DNA of 64,000 nt from an uncultured candidate division Zixibacteria bacterium. Its GTDB lineage: Bacteria; Zixibacteria; MSB-5A5; RBG-16-43-9. The stretch is taken from assembly GCA_963713865.1 (NCBI GenBank), contig OY970208.1:704001-768000 (forward strand). The letters are read 5' to 3'. A model generated the notes under the pieces. That model saw nothing but the letters and a program-made list of their open reading frames with translations. It had not been told where the DNA came from and ran no database searches. This document shows, in pieces, positions 40,307 to 50,377 of this stretch; position 1 is the stretch's first letter, and every line of letters starts with the position of its first letter. Both the position numbers and the translations under genes were made by a program.

Positions 40307-42724
40307 TCATTTACAGAGCGGAGGTCCAGATTTAAAAAGGTAATTGATAAGATAGACTATATCCGAAAGAGAGGTCTTGCCATCACAATTGGTATTTCCA
40401 GCCTGGCTCGGAACAGGAGCAGGGCCGAATTTGAAAAGATAATTTATCAGATATACCACATCCGCAAGACTTGCCGAGCCATCACCATTTACATCCCCTG
40501 CGATGTAAGCGGGGATGTTACTTAGGTTAAGCAAAATGGAAACGTTATCGCTATTAAAATTTGCCACTGCTAAATCCAGGTCCAGATCGCCGTCCAGGTC
40601 CGCACTGAAAACAGATTGAGGATCATCTCCTACAGGGTAGTTAGTTTTAGACTGAAAAGTCGCATTCCCGTTGTTTTTTAAAACGGAGATATTGTCTTCA
40701 CCAATATTCGTTACTGCTAAGTCTAAATCTGAATCTCCATCTAAATTCGCACAAAAAACAGAAGTGGGGCCATCTCCTGCCAAATAATCGACTTTAGCTT
40801 GAAATGTCCCATCTCCGTTATTCTTTAAGATGGAAATACTATCGCTGCCAAAATTTGCCACAGCCAAGTCTAAATCTTTATCCCCGTCTAAATCTGCACA
40901 AAAAACAGAAGCTGGATAATCTCCTGCACCGTAATCAATTTTAGTCTCGAACGTCCCATCCCCATTATTTTTTAATATAGAAACATTGTCGTTTAGATAA
41001 TTTGCCACAGCTAAATCATAATCCAAATCACCATCTAAATCTGCACCAAAAACAGACTGGGGACCATCTCCTGCTGCATAGTCAACTTTAGGTTGAAATG
41101 TTCCATCACCGTTATTCTTTAAAATGGAAACGTTGTCAGTAGCAAAATTTGCCACGGCTAAATCTAAATCCAGGTCCCCATCTAAATCTGCACAAAAAAC
41201 AGAAGCGGGGTAATCCCCTGCACCATAGTTAACTTTAGTCTGAAATGTTCCATCTCCGTTATTTTTTAAGATGGAAACGTTATTGCTTAAATAATTTGCT
41301 ACTGCAATGTCCAAATCTGTATCCCCGTCTAAGTCTGCACAGGAAATGGAAACAGGATAATTCCCGGTTCCATAGTTGACTGCAGTTTGAAAAGTCCCGT
41401 CCCCGTTGTTCTTAAGGATGGAGATATTATTGCTGTAAAAATTAGCCACAGCTAAGTCCAGATCTTTGTCCCCATCCAAGTCGGCACTAAAAACAGAAAT
41501 CGGACCATCTCCTGCTGTATAGTTTACCGGCAGGGTAAAGTAAGCGAAGTTAGCCTTATAAAGTGCCAGAGCATAATCAGAATTTGCCTTAAGCAGGTTC
41601 TCGCTTTGCCCGGCTACTACCCCAAAAACCACTCTGATAGAATCACCAACCAGCAAATCAAAAGGACCGGTCCCCTGGCAGAATCTTTTGTCCTGAGGGG
41701 AAGTATCATGGTCGAAAGGTCCACCCGGACGGGGTGATCCGGAAGTGGTCAGCCCTGCCATCAGATTGTATCTTTCCACGTCATTGGCTGGATCAGTATC
41801 TATAGTGAACAAAGTCAAAGAGGTCAAACCCAAAGGACTACCGGATGTATCTTTTGGGCTTTCCAAAAATCTGAAACCCATCATTCCCGGTACACCGCTG
41901 ATGTCCTGGTCATATAGAAGATTATAATTATAAACCCAGCAAAAGTCTCGAGTGGAATCAAACCCGATCATATCATCCGTTGCATTCCCCAAATCCGGGT
42001 CACAGGTGATTCCGAGGTAAACCGAGTCCAGATTCTGGTTTCCTTTATTGAAAATATCCCAGATCATAAATATGATGTCTTTGTCATATTTGGAATTAAA
42101 AGCATAAGTAGTCTGTTTGACCAGGATATTTAACTGATCTCCGGGAATAGCAAAGGGATCATGATAATTAATATCTGCATCGTTATAAAAACACCAGCCG
42201 TCCTCAGCTGAAACGAATTTCGGATTACCCTGAGTATCCTTGACTGGCCAGTTCAGACTATCCTGATGAGACCAGGTTGTAACCTCAGTGGAAAGCAGAA
42301 TCGGATAAGTTGGAGGTGGTCCTGAAATCCCATGGTCAGCTGAATCCGGCTGAACGATAATCCCGGGTCCCCACTCGGAGTAACCATCATTCGGATTATA
42401 TCCAACTGATACCACTTTTTTTAAGCCTCCGCCATCTGCTGGAATCTGCGCCCCAATCCAGATACCTGCTCCGAAGATATACAAATTTCCGGTTCCTTGT
42501 AGCCATTCAGTTCCAGCCCTGCCAGTATAAGGGTTCTGACCAAAAATAGCATCATTTTGAATCGGCATTTTGATATGGTTAACCGTCAGATACTTGGCAT
42601 CAGTTGGGATATTCAAGGGTTTAGCTTTCTTAGCCAAATTACTAGCCTCAATAACTGCTGGTATAGAAAAGGAGAAAAATAAAAAAAGAAAAATGATAGT
42701 AAAGATCTTAAATTTTGGAGACAT
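40307..42724 (-). CDS. Secreted protein: N-terminal domain + 7 FG-GAP repeats + C-terminal dockerin
   Basis: Signal peptide; 7 DLDGD-type repeats; duplicated dockerin motif [19 protein letters not shown] / [19 protein letters not shown]. Confidence 0.9.
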   Translation of the reverse strand: MSPKFKIFTIIFLFLFFSFSIPAVIEASNLAKKAKPLNIPTDAKYLTVNHIKMPIQNDAIFGQNPYTGRAGTEWLQGTGNLYIFGAGIWIGAQIPADGGGLKKVVSVGYNPNDGYSEWGPGIIVQPDSADHGISGPPPTYPILLSTEVTTWSHQDSLNWPVKDTQGNPKFVSAEDGWCFYNDADINYHDPFAIPGDQLNILVKQTTYAFNSKYDKDIIFMIWDIFNKGNQNLDSVYLGITCDPDLGNATDDMIGFDSTRDFCWVYNYNLLYDQDISGVPGMMGFRFLESPKDTSGSPLGLTSLTLFTIDTDPANDVERYNLMAGLTTSGSPRPGGPFDHDTSPQDKRFCQGTGPFDLLVGDSIRVVFGVVAGQSENLLKANSDYALALYKANFAYFTLPVNYTAGDGPISVFSADLDGDKDLDLAVANFYSNNISILKNNGDGTFQTAVNYGTGNYPVSISCADLDGDTDLDIAVANYLSNNVSILKNNGDGTFQTKVNYGAGDYPASVFCADLDGDLDLDLAVANFATDNVSILKNNGDGTFQPKVDYAAGDGPQSVFGADLDGDLDYDLAVANYLNDNVSILKNNGDGTFETKIDYGAGDYPASVFCADLDGDKDLDLAVANFGSDSISILKNNGDGTFQAKVDYLAGDGPTSVFCANLDGDSDLDLAVTNIGEDNISVLKNNGNATFQSKTNYPVGDDPQSVFSADLDGDLDLDLAVANFNSDNVSILLNLSNIPAYIAGDVNGDGSASLADVVYLINYLFKFGPAPVPSQAGNTNCDGKTSLSDIVYLINYLFKSGPPLCK

Positions 42725-43111
42725 CTTTACCTCCTTTTTAACGTTAATAGTTTATATTTGATAATATCTCAAAAATGTAGAAAGTCAAGGGAAGATATTC
42801 TAAAAATATGGATGTTTACTTGCTCAAGGCGGATGTTATCATACGCTTGTGCATTTAAGTTGGTTCGGGAAATGGACTTCCCGAACCAATTCTATTCAAT
42901 TAAATGCGGGAATTCCCTCGCTTACCACGGGGTCTTGATGACAATTCCCGCACCAACGAGATGCGGAATAGGAGCGCATCAGCTTGTCGAATTTGACCTT
43001 GAGGCTGATGCTTGCATTGACAAGTTCAATGCACTCCAAAAAAGACGTCCGGGATAAACCTGGACGCTACATTCTCGGTAACCCCACCTTGCCCACAAGG
43101 TGTGGTTTGAC

Positions 43112-43861
43112 CTAAACCACTACTTTTCTTCTCAAATTATATCTTTCCAGAAGCTGGGGGTCTTTTAAAATCTCTTCCGGGTCTCCTTTGGCAGAAAGGT
43201 CTCCTTTGGAATCCATCAGATAAAGGGTATCCGCAATCTGGGGAACCAACTCCACATCGTGCAAAGCGGTTATCAGAGTAGTATGTTTTGATAAATTGAT
43301 CTCTTTTAAAATCTGAATCATCTCTTCTTCTGATTTAGGGTCTAAATTTGAAAAAGGCTCATCCAGGATCAAAAGCTCAGGCTCCAGGATTAAAGCCCCG
43401 GCTAAAGCCACTTTTTTCTTCTCTCCCCCGGAAAGGTAATGAGGTATTTTATTTTTCAGATGTATGATCCCTATCCTCTGCATTATCTTATTTGCCAACT
43501 CTTCGGCTTTCTCAATCTCATAACTATAATTCAAGGGAGAAAAAATTATATCATCGAAAACCGTAGGACCGATTATCTGCTCGTCCACCTCCTGCAGAAC
43601 CACTCCGATTTTCTCCCTGATCCTCTCAAACTCTTTTGCCGGATTAAGCCCGAATACCTCAACCTCACCTTCCTTCGGGATTAAAATCCCTAATATATGT
43701 TTCAACAATGTAGATTTACCGCACCCATTCGGTCCTAAGATAGCAACTTTCTCCCCTTTACTGACTAAAAAATCCAGTCCGCAGATTTTGACCTGGGTCT
43801 TGTCCTGATAAGTATGACTGATACAATGAACCTTGACTATTATCTCCTGGTCCAAGTGCAA
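43112..43861 (-). CDS. ECF transporter ATPase (CbiO/NikO-like)
   Basis: GPNGCGKS Walker A, LSGGE signature, LILDEP. Confidence 0.92.
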   Translation of the reverse strand: MHLDQEIIVKVHCISHTYQDKTQVKICGLDFLVSKGEKVAILGPNGCGKSTLLKHILGILIPKEGEVEVFGLNPAKEFERIREKIGVVLQEVDEQIIGPTVFDDIIFSPLNYSYEIEKAEELANKIMQRIGIIHLKNKIPHYLSGGEKKKVALAGALILEPELLILDEPFSNLDPKSEEEMIQILKEINLSKHTTLITALHDVELVPQIADTLYLMDSKGDLSAKGDPEEILKDPQLLERYNLRRKVVV

Positions 43862-44490
43862 AACCTCCTCTGATGTTCAATTTTCCCTTCAAACCCTCTG
43901 AGCTTTATCCCTTCATAAAATCTCTGACTGTCATCCATCCCTTTGAGTATCAAATAGCCGATAGCTTTGGCAAAATTAAACAAGCTCCTTTTAGGATGTT
44001 TGATTTGAAAACCTCCCCTTAGCTTAAAACCGGTCCTGATGTTTTCAAAAATCGAAAAGAGAATGAATATCGACCGGTAGGTCATAAAAAAGATGGGTAT
44101 TAAAAAACCAGGTAAGACCTTTCCCAGGTTCGAAAATATGCAGGGATAGGGCGTGGTGGCGAAAAGGAGTATCATGGTGGTAGCAGTTGCCAGAACCCTT
44201 AAAAGGATGATAAAAAACCATTCCCATCCTTTTCCCATACTGGCAAAAGCAAAAATCAAGGCGAAAATCATTGGATACAGGGAAATCAAGAAAATCTTTT
44301 TAAAAGGCAGCCGGGCTAAAAATATCAGGCCATAGAGGAATAATAAAATTATGACTAAAGACAGAACCTGCTGGATGGAAATGATTGCCCCGATAAAGAT
44401 AAGAAAGAGTACTATCTTTAATCCTACAGAAAAGCGGTGTAAAAAGCTTTTTCCGCTGGTAGCCAGATAATCTAAATAAGCTAAATCCAT
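43840..44490 (-). CDS. ECF transporter T component (CbiQ/NikQ-like)
   Basis: Multi-TM protein with two LRG motifs; lies between the M and O components. Confidence 0.85.
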   Translation of the reverse strand: MDLAYLDYLATSGKSFLHRFSVGLKIVLFLIFIGAIISIQQVLSLVIILLFLYGLIFLARLPFKKIFLISLYPMIFALIFAFASMGKGWEWFFIILLRVLATATTMILLFATTPYPCIFSNLGKVLPGFLIPIFFMTYRSIFILFSIFENIRTGFKLRGGFQIKHPKRSLFNFAKAIGYLILKGMDDSQRFYEGIKLRGFEGKIEHQRRFCTWTRR

Positions 44491-45219
44491 TTAATAACCC
44501 TCAAATAATCCCGGTCTTACTTTATGAAGATACTTTAAGATCCCGGCGGTGATCAACCCTTCCAATGCCCAGCCCATAGAGCCAAAACCCAGGACCAGAA
44601 ACAAAAACTTTTTGAAATCAAATTCCGCCAAAGGTTCTTCTTTTTGTTTTTCAGCCTCTTTAGTTTCAAACTTTAAAAATCCTTTGTCTGTTTTTGAATG
44701 GAGTTTTTCTCCAATGCCAAATGCCTTTGATATGTCAGATGTTCCCAACGATACGATTCCTAAGGCAAAAAGAGTCGAGAGAAAAAGGGCGAGAAAAGTG
44801 GAGACAAAACCAGCCCAGAATATCTTTTTAAGAATCGACCAGAGAGTTTTGAAAAGAAAATATCCCAAAATTCCTTCAAAGGTTATTACCAGGCTGTTTA
44901 AACCCACCACCGTTATCCCTCCATGCCCGAAAAAAGCCAGGATAAGGTTAACCACAAAAGAACACAGAATAAACCAGCCCGGACCCAAGATTATTGCAGA
45001 GACCACTGAAAGGTTTATATGATAAAGGATTGGAACGATCTCCAGGGACATCGAAATGACCATTATCGCAGAAAATGTCGCCACCAGCGGAATTTTTGCA
45101 GAGAATCTTTCTTTTTCATAAAATCCTTTAAATATTAATATAAATGAAGCCAATAAAATCCAGCCCAAAACCCAGAGCCAGACAGGTAATATTCCATCGG
45201 GAAGGTGAATGTGAGACAT
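44491..45219 (-). CDS. ECF S component, CbiM/NikM family
   Basis: N-terminal HIHLPDG; GHGGITVVGLN. Confidence 0.88.
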   Translation of the reverse strand: MSHIHLPDGILPVWLWVLGWILLASFILIFKGFYEKERFSAKIPLVATFSAIMVISMSLEIVPILYHINLSVVSAIILGPGWFILCSFVVNLILAFFGHGGITVVGLNSLVITFEGILGYFLFKTLWSILKKIFWAGFVSTFLALFLSTLFALGIVSLGTSDISKAFGIGEKLHSKTDKGFLKFETKEAEKQKEEPLAEFDFKKFLFLVLGFGSMGWALEGLITAGILKYLHKVRPGLFEGY

Positions 45220-45242
45220 AAACTTTTTAAAATAATTTTAAA

Positions 45243-45701
45243 TTATAATCCTGCTTTCAATGCCTGGCATAGAGCCTGAGGATTATCTGAGGTTAGAACG
45301 TACTCCCTTTTCTTATTCTTAACCTTTATCCTCACCCCTTTTCCGAAACGGGTGTTGTAACAGACAGTGCCATCCATGCCCAGGCGGATACCGATACCTC
45401 CGTATCTCAATAAAGTAATTGAAGTCTCCTCGCAGGAGACGATATCTGATCGAAGAATTTTCTTTTTGATGATTCCAAACCCGAACTCTAAAAATCTCCC
45501 CTGAACTTTTATTTCCAGAATACGGAAATTAATAAAAATGAAGAAAAACAATATGCCCAGAAGGATCAAAAATGGAGCAACCCAGAAAGGAGTCTCTGGG
45601 TCCTGGGGAGAAAGGATAACACCTAAGATTATCCCCCCAATAATGAGGAGGAAAAGATATTTAACCCACCAGACTAAATTCTGTTTCTCCGAATAAATCA
45701 T
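45243..45701 (-). CDS. Hypothetical membrane protein (2 TM + PH-like soluble domain)
   Basis: Two hydrophobic helices, then YGGIGIR...G...LTSDNP. Confidence 0.75.
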   Translation of the reverse strand: MIYSEKQNLVWWVKYLFLLIIGGIILGVILSPQDPETPFWVAPFLILLGILFFFIFINFRILEIKVQGRFLEFGFGIIKKKILRSDIVSCEETSITLLRYGGIGIRLGMDGTVCYNTRFGKGVRIKVKNKKREYVLTSDNPQALCQALKAGL

Positions 45702-45851
45702 GGATTTCCTTTCCAATATTTCATTTTCAAAATATCATTCTTTTTAACTTGACACAAGGATTTTCTTTTTTTAAACTAAATTCGAATTATGTTAGGCAAA
45801 AGCCACCCAGATTCGCTGGATGGCTTTTTTAATTTTAAAAGGAGGTTTTAT

Positions 45852-46502
45852 ATGAATTACTATGTAACCCAGAATAATTTGAAAGAGAAAACCAGGGCCT
45901 GGCTGGAGAAGATTTCTCCTTTTAATACCCATAGGTTAAAGTTGGATTTAGGAAATTCCGCCCTTCTGGTCATTGATATGCAGAGATACTTTTTGGAGCC
46001 ACATTCACCAACATTTATCTGTGGTGGTCTGGCGATCCTTCCTCATATTAAAACATTGATAAATTTCTACCGTTCCCGGAAAAGACCGGTAATCTACACT
46101 TGTCATGTCCATCATCCGGATGGAATCGATGCCGGGATTATGGGCTGGTGGTGGCAGGGGATGTGCAAAGAGGGAACTAAGGAAGCAAAAATTTATCCGG
46201 AAATAGAGCCTCTACCTGAGGAGAAGATAATTTATAAACATCGCTATAGCGCCTTTTATAATACAGATTTAGAGACCATATTACGGTGTTTAAAAATAGA
46301 GGATTTGGTTATCTCCGGAATAATGACCAATATGTGCTGTGAATCCACGACCAGGGATGCTTATTTTAGAGATTTTCGCATAAAATTCTTAGCAGATGCC
46401 ACCGGGACAGTTTCCGAGGAGATGCACCTTGCCAGCCTGTTAAATCTGTCTTATGGATTTGCGGATGTCACTACAGTGGATGAGGTTATTAACACGCTTT
46501 AG
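45852..46502 (+). CDS. Isochorismatase-family cysteine hydrolase
   Basis: ALLVIDMQ, KHRYSAF, GIMTNMCCEST (D-K-C triad); start at ATG 45852 after GGAGG. Confidence 0.9.
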   Translation: MNYYVTQNNLKEKTRAWLEKISPFNTHRLKLDLGNSALLVIDMQRYFLEPHSPTFICGGLAILPHIKTLINFYRSRKRPVIYTCHVHHPDGIDAGIMGWWWQGMCKEGTKEAKIYPEIEPLPEEKIIYKHRYSAFYNTDLETILRCLKIEDLVISGIMTNMCCESTTRDAYFRDFRIKFLADATGTVSEEMHLASLLNLSYGFADVTTVDEVINTL

Positions 46503-46788
46503 ATTATAGGGGTTCATCCACTTTTAGTGGACCGAATCCATTATTCATCCCCAAATCAAGTTTGGGGATGCATTGGCTACGCTACAAAATCAAAAGAATG
46601 GAAGTCTAAAAACCTCCTCTACATTTTTCGTAATGGAAGGCTTCAGCCTTCCATTTATTTTCTTTAAAAAATTGAAGAATAACTGTTCTGCCGATTTTAA
46701 TACTTGACAAACTATATAAGTATATCATTATTAAAATCCGATTTTAACCTGGTTTAAAGTATATGGTTAATCAAAAATTTTAAGATAA

Positions 46789-47901
46789 GTGATGAGAAGA
46801 TATAAAATTCTTTTCTTAAACTCTATCCGAGAGAATGTTCTGGGGTGGGGGGAAAATCTGATTTACAACTACTCAGTTCATCTGACCAAAAGGGGGCATA
46901 AAATATATATCGCTGGCAGAAAAAACAGTGAATTCCTAAGCCATTTCTCTCCTGAAAAAATCAATTTAATCCCCATGAAAATCAAAGGAGACTTTGATCC
47001 GGTAAATATCTTTTTTTTAGTCCAATTAATGTCTAAAGAAAAAATAGATTTCCTCTGGGTGAATTTCAACAAAGATTTAAGGCTTGGCGGAATCGCCTCC
47101 AAACTAATCCGGGGACCTAAAATAATCTGGGGGATGGGGGTATTGCTTCCGGAAACTTCTTTAATCCACAGGCTCACGGGAAAATTTTTACCGGATATGA
47201 TTGTAGTTCCCAGCCAGAACTTAAAAGACCAGCTTGGAAGATTTCCCTGGCTGAAACCGGATAAAATCAAAGTTATTCACAACGGTATAGACCTTTCCTC
47301 TTTTGAATTTGATATAAAGAAACAAAGGGAGAAGCTTTTTCAACGTCACAACCTTGATCCCAAACTTACCCTGATAGGAGTCTCTGCCAGATTAGTCCAG
47401 GCAAAAGGTCACCGCTATCTTCTCCAGGCTCTGCCTGAGATAATTAAAGTCCACCCGGATATCAAACTATTTATTGCAGGCGACGGCTCGGAAAAGGAAC
47501 ATCTGATAGAACTGTCTTGTAAATTAAATTTAGATGACTATGTCATATTTGCTGGTTATATAAAAGAGATATTTGAGACTATGGCTGGATTTGACCTACT
47601 GGTTTTGCCCTCGATCATCGAGCCTTTTGGACTGGTTTTAGCTGAAGGTATGGCGCTGAAAAAACCTATAGTCGCTACTCGTGTAGATGGTATTCCTGAA
47701 GTAGTTCAGGATCAGAAAACAGGAATTTTAGTTCCTCCTGAAGACCCTCACTCCTTAGCGCTGGCTATCATCTCTTTACTCAAGGATAAAAATTTAGCTT
47801 TTAGTCTTGGAGAGGAAGGAAGAAAAAGGGTAGAAAAGCTTTTTACTATCGAGAAAATGATAGGCAAAATCGAAGCGCTTTTAGGTGAAATGTCCCGATA
47901 A
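46789..47901 (+). CDS. Glycosyltransferase family 4
   Basis: IHNGID, RL...KG, EPFGLVLAE (EX7E), TGILVPP. Confidence 0.92.
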   Translation: MMRRYKILFLNSIRENVLGWGENLIYNYSVHLTKRGHKIYIAGRKNSEFLSHFSPEKINLIPMKIKGDFDPVNIFFLVQLMSKEKIDFLWVNFNKDLRLGGIASKLIRGPKIIWGMGVLLPETSLIHRLTGKFLPDMIVVPSQNLKDQLGRFPWLKPDKIKVIHNGIDLSSFEFDIKKQREKLFQRHNLDPKLTLIGVSARLVQAKGHRYLLQALPEIIKVHPDIKLFIAGDGSEKEHLIELSCKLNLDDYVIFAGYIKEIFETMAGFDLLVLPSIIEPFGLVLAEGMALKKPIVATRVDGIPEVVQDQKTGILVPPEDPHSLALAIISLLKDKNLAFSLGEEGRKRVEKLFTIEKMIGKIEALLGEMSR

Positions 47902-47939
47902 AAAAGGCTCTATCCACCTCAGTCAGACAGAGCCTTTTT
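47900..47939. terminator. Bidirectional intrinsic terminator
   Basis: AAAAAAGGCTCT...AGAGCCTTTTT between convergent genes. Confidence 0.75.
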
Positions 47940-47960
47940 ACTTGAATTCAGATCTTCTTT

Positions 47961-48698
47961 TTATTTTTTAGGAGTGGTAGCTGGTAAAGTGTTAAATATT
48001 AATGGTATCGAAATCCGGGTCTTCTCTTTCCCCTCCAATTCTAAAGTCAAAGAGCTCTTAAGCCCTTCCTTGGGTAAATCTTTCACCGGTTTTACCTTTA
48101 ACTCAACCGACTTCCCCGGTTTAAGCTTCTTACCTAACTTAACTTTGAAATACTCCTCGGGATAATCGATTAAAGAAACCTTGTACTCCTCTACATCCGA
48201 GTTTTTCAAAGAAAGCTTTTTCTTCTGGGGTTTCCCCTGAATTACAGTGAAATCCAGCGAGGAAGAGGTTAATTGAGCCTTGAAAGTTGAATCCGGCACT
48301 GGAACAACCTGACCATTTAATTTTATATTCTGCACTTGAGAACTGGTATCTTTATAGGAGACATTAGCATATTTGGCAATCTTACCCGAAGCTTTGGTAG
48401 AAGTATAACTTACTATAAGCTCTGTGCTATCACCGATAGCAAGCTCCGTCTTTTTTAAAGGAGCCTTGGTGCACCCTCAGCCAACGCTAACGTTCATACC
48501 CCGCAGAGTATCAGTGCCCACATTCTTTAACCAGAAGCTGTGGCTTACCACAGAATTCTGAGGAATACGACCCCAATCCCAGTTCATCTCTGAAATCTCC
48601 AATTTGGGGGTTCCGGCTTCTAAATTCGTGAAAGCCAGACTTGAAAAGAGAATCGACAATAGAATCGGGAACAAAAACCTGTTCTTTTTCATTTTCAC
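47961..48698 (-). CDS. DUF1573-like exported protein with in-frame UGA (candidate selenoprotein, UGC motif), 245 aa with readthrough
   Basis: ORFs 48477-48698 and 47961-48335 are in one frame separated only by TGA 48479-48477: ...GMNVSVG-UGA-GCTKAPLKKTELAIGDSTELIVSY...; signal peptide present. Confidence 0.82.
48424..48476 (-). promoter_or_regulatory. Candidate SECIS/recoding element
   Basis: Immediately 3' of UGA; stems GGCTCC/GGAGCT and GCTATC/GATAGC; 49/53 identical to 49275-49327. Confidence 0.6.
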
Positions 48699-48817
48699 CT
48701 CCTCCGTTCAGTTAAAAATCTTTATCTATATTTACGAAAAATTCGATTAAAATCTTTAGTTAAATCTGTTTGGTTTTAGATGCTTGTCTTCCCTAGTTTC
48801 CCTTAATCGGGAACGAA

Positions 48818-49531
48818 CTATTTTCCAGTAGGTTTCTCCTTCTTGACTGGAATGGTAATCCTGAATTCCTTTCCTCCTTTAACTTGTAAAGTAATCGACT
48901 TCTTAAGTGTGTCAGGTGGAAGTTTCTTGAGCGGTTTGACTTTGAGCTCTATGACCTTGCCGGGTTTAAGAATATCCCGTTTTAGTTTCACCTCGAAAAG
49001 CTCTTTGGGATAGTCTATTATCTTAAGTTTATATTCTTCTTTACCAGAATTATTGAACTCGACTTTCCTTTCCTTTGTAGCTCCTCCCTTCTCCTCTATG
49101 AACTCTATGGTATAAGGAGAATATCTCAGCAAAAGTAAAGTGTCGGGCTTGGACTTCACATCTGCGGTTATCTCCAATCTATTATACCCGGAGGTAGTAT
49201 CATTAGAGCTCACCTCCACATATTTAGTTTCCTTGGTAGTAGCAGCCCTATTAGTGTAACTAATCTCCAATTCAGTGCTATCGCCGATAGCCAGCTCCGT
49301 CTTTTTCAATGGAGCCTTGGTGCACCCTCAAGGTGTTTTTACGCTGATCCCTTTAAGAATATCAGTCCCGACATTCTTAATCCAGAAGATATGCGTAACT
49401 GTGGAATTTTGTGGTACCCTTCCAAAATCCCAGATCCGCTCGGAAAATTCTATCTTTGGTGTTCCAGCCTGAGAAAAAGAGCAGGATATAAAAACCAGAG
49501 TTATGGCTAAAAATAAACCTTTTAATCTCAC
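48818..49531 (-). CDS. DUF1573-like exported protein with in-frame UGA (candidate selenoprotein, UGC motif), 237 aa with readthrough
   Basis: ORFs 49328-49531 and 48818-49309 are in one frame separated by TGA 49330-49328: ...GISVKTP-UGA-GCTKAPLKKTELAIGDSTELEISY...; signal peptide; RBS GGAGGT before GTG. Confidence 0.82.
49275..49327 (-). promoter_or_regulatory. Candidate SECIS/recoding element
   Basis: Same two-hairpin sequence directly 3' of the UGA. Confidence 0.6.
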
Positions 49532-49556
49532 CCTACCTCCTAAAGTCTACATTAGA

Positions 49557-49584
49557 ATTATAATTGAAAGAATCATTTTGTCAA
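49557..49584 (-). promoter_or_regulatory. Sigma-70 promoter for the DUF1573-like genes
   Basis: TTGACA-16 nt-TATAAT on the - strand. Confidence 0.7.
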
Positions 49585-49690
49585 CCATTTTCTATGTATA
49601 TTTTCGCAGTTACCTGATTTATCAGGCATCTTTATTTCTCGACAACTTGAGTAAATACTTTTACTTATACTAATCGTTTCTCATTTTACC

Positions 49691-49876
49691 TTAATGATTA
49701 ATCCAGAATATATAAAATCCTGCGAAAATTATCAGTAATCCGCTCACCTTTTTGGCAATATTCGAGAAATTTGTTATCCCCTTAGAGTGGGCAAAACTCT
49801 CCACAAAACCAGTTGATACACCGGCTAAAACTATTGACGCATAATGTCCTATGGCGTGGACAAAAAGAAGCGAAAA
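49691..49876 (-). pseudogene. Orphan, diverged 3' fragment of ccdA
   Basis: Translates [60 protein letters not shown]; 42/60 aa identical to the end of CDS 50885-51574. Confidence 0.9.
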
Positions 49877-49929
49877 CCTGAAAAAACACTTGACAAATCG
49901 TCAGGAGATAGACTTATTTATGAGGAGAA

Positions 49930-50137
49930 AAAATCCGTGAGAAAAGCTTTCTTGACTGAGCGGGCCACTTGTCATACGCACCGATATTCTTTCGCCACTC
50001 ATTTGCTGGAAAGTGGTTATGACATTCGAACGGTACAGGAGCTTCTCGGCCACAACGGTGTGAGAACCACAATGATCTATACCCATGTGCTGAACCGTGG
50101 CTGCCGAGGGGTAAAGAGCCCGGTGGACAGCCTATGA
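49930..50137 (+). pseudogene. intI: Integron integrase C-terminal fragment
   Basis: [51 protein letters not shown] matches the IntI C-terminus; the N-terminal part is absent. Confidence 0.88.
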
Positions 50138-50149
50138 GGAGGGAGTGGT

Positions 50150-50307
50150 TGCGTATTATGCGGAAGCCATATAAGACGCAGAAGCATAACAAGATCCCTC
50201 GTAATCCATTGAAAATAGATAGATTACGCGGAAGTCTCATTGGAGTATTCTCTGGAAGCAAAACCCGAAAACGGGTTTATACGGAAACCATATAACCATC
50301 GTTGGGC
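50150..50307 (+). mobile_element. attI-like region downstream of intI
   Basis: Direct repeats TTATGCGGAAGCCATATAA (50156) and TTATACGGAAACCATATAA (50277), partial copy at 50224; ends at GTTGGGC 50301-50307. Confidence 0.6.
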
Positions 50308-50377
50308 GTCATAATCGTGTGCCCCGACGTCTTAGTCGTAGCAATCTTCACCAGAGCACCAGTAAGGAGCATCACAG

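Noticed and set aside
42830-43020. tRNA-like or ncRNA structure
   Set aside because: Independent hairpins only; no cloverleaf, T-loop or CCA end.
47961-49531. Genome-wide UGA reassignment, or simple double pseudogene
   Set aside because: TGA is a normal stop elsewhere (5144, 18577, 27748, 50815) and Trp uses TGG. Identical placement in two diverged paralogues with intact frames argues against decay.
49844-49930. N-terminal part of ORF 49844-50137 as a real integrase start
   Set aside because: It runs antisense through the orphan ccdA fragment and a spacer; IntI similarity begins only near 49930.
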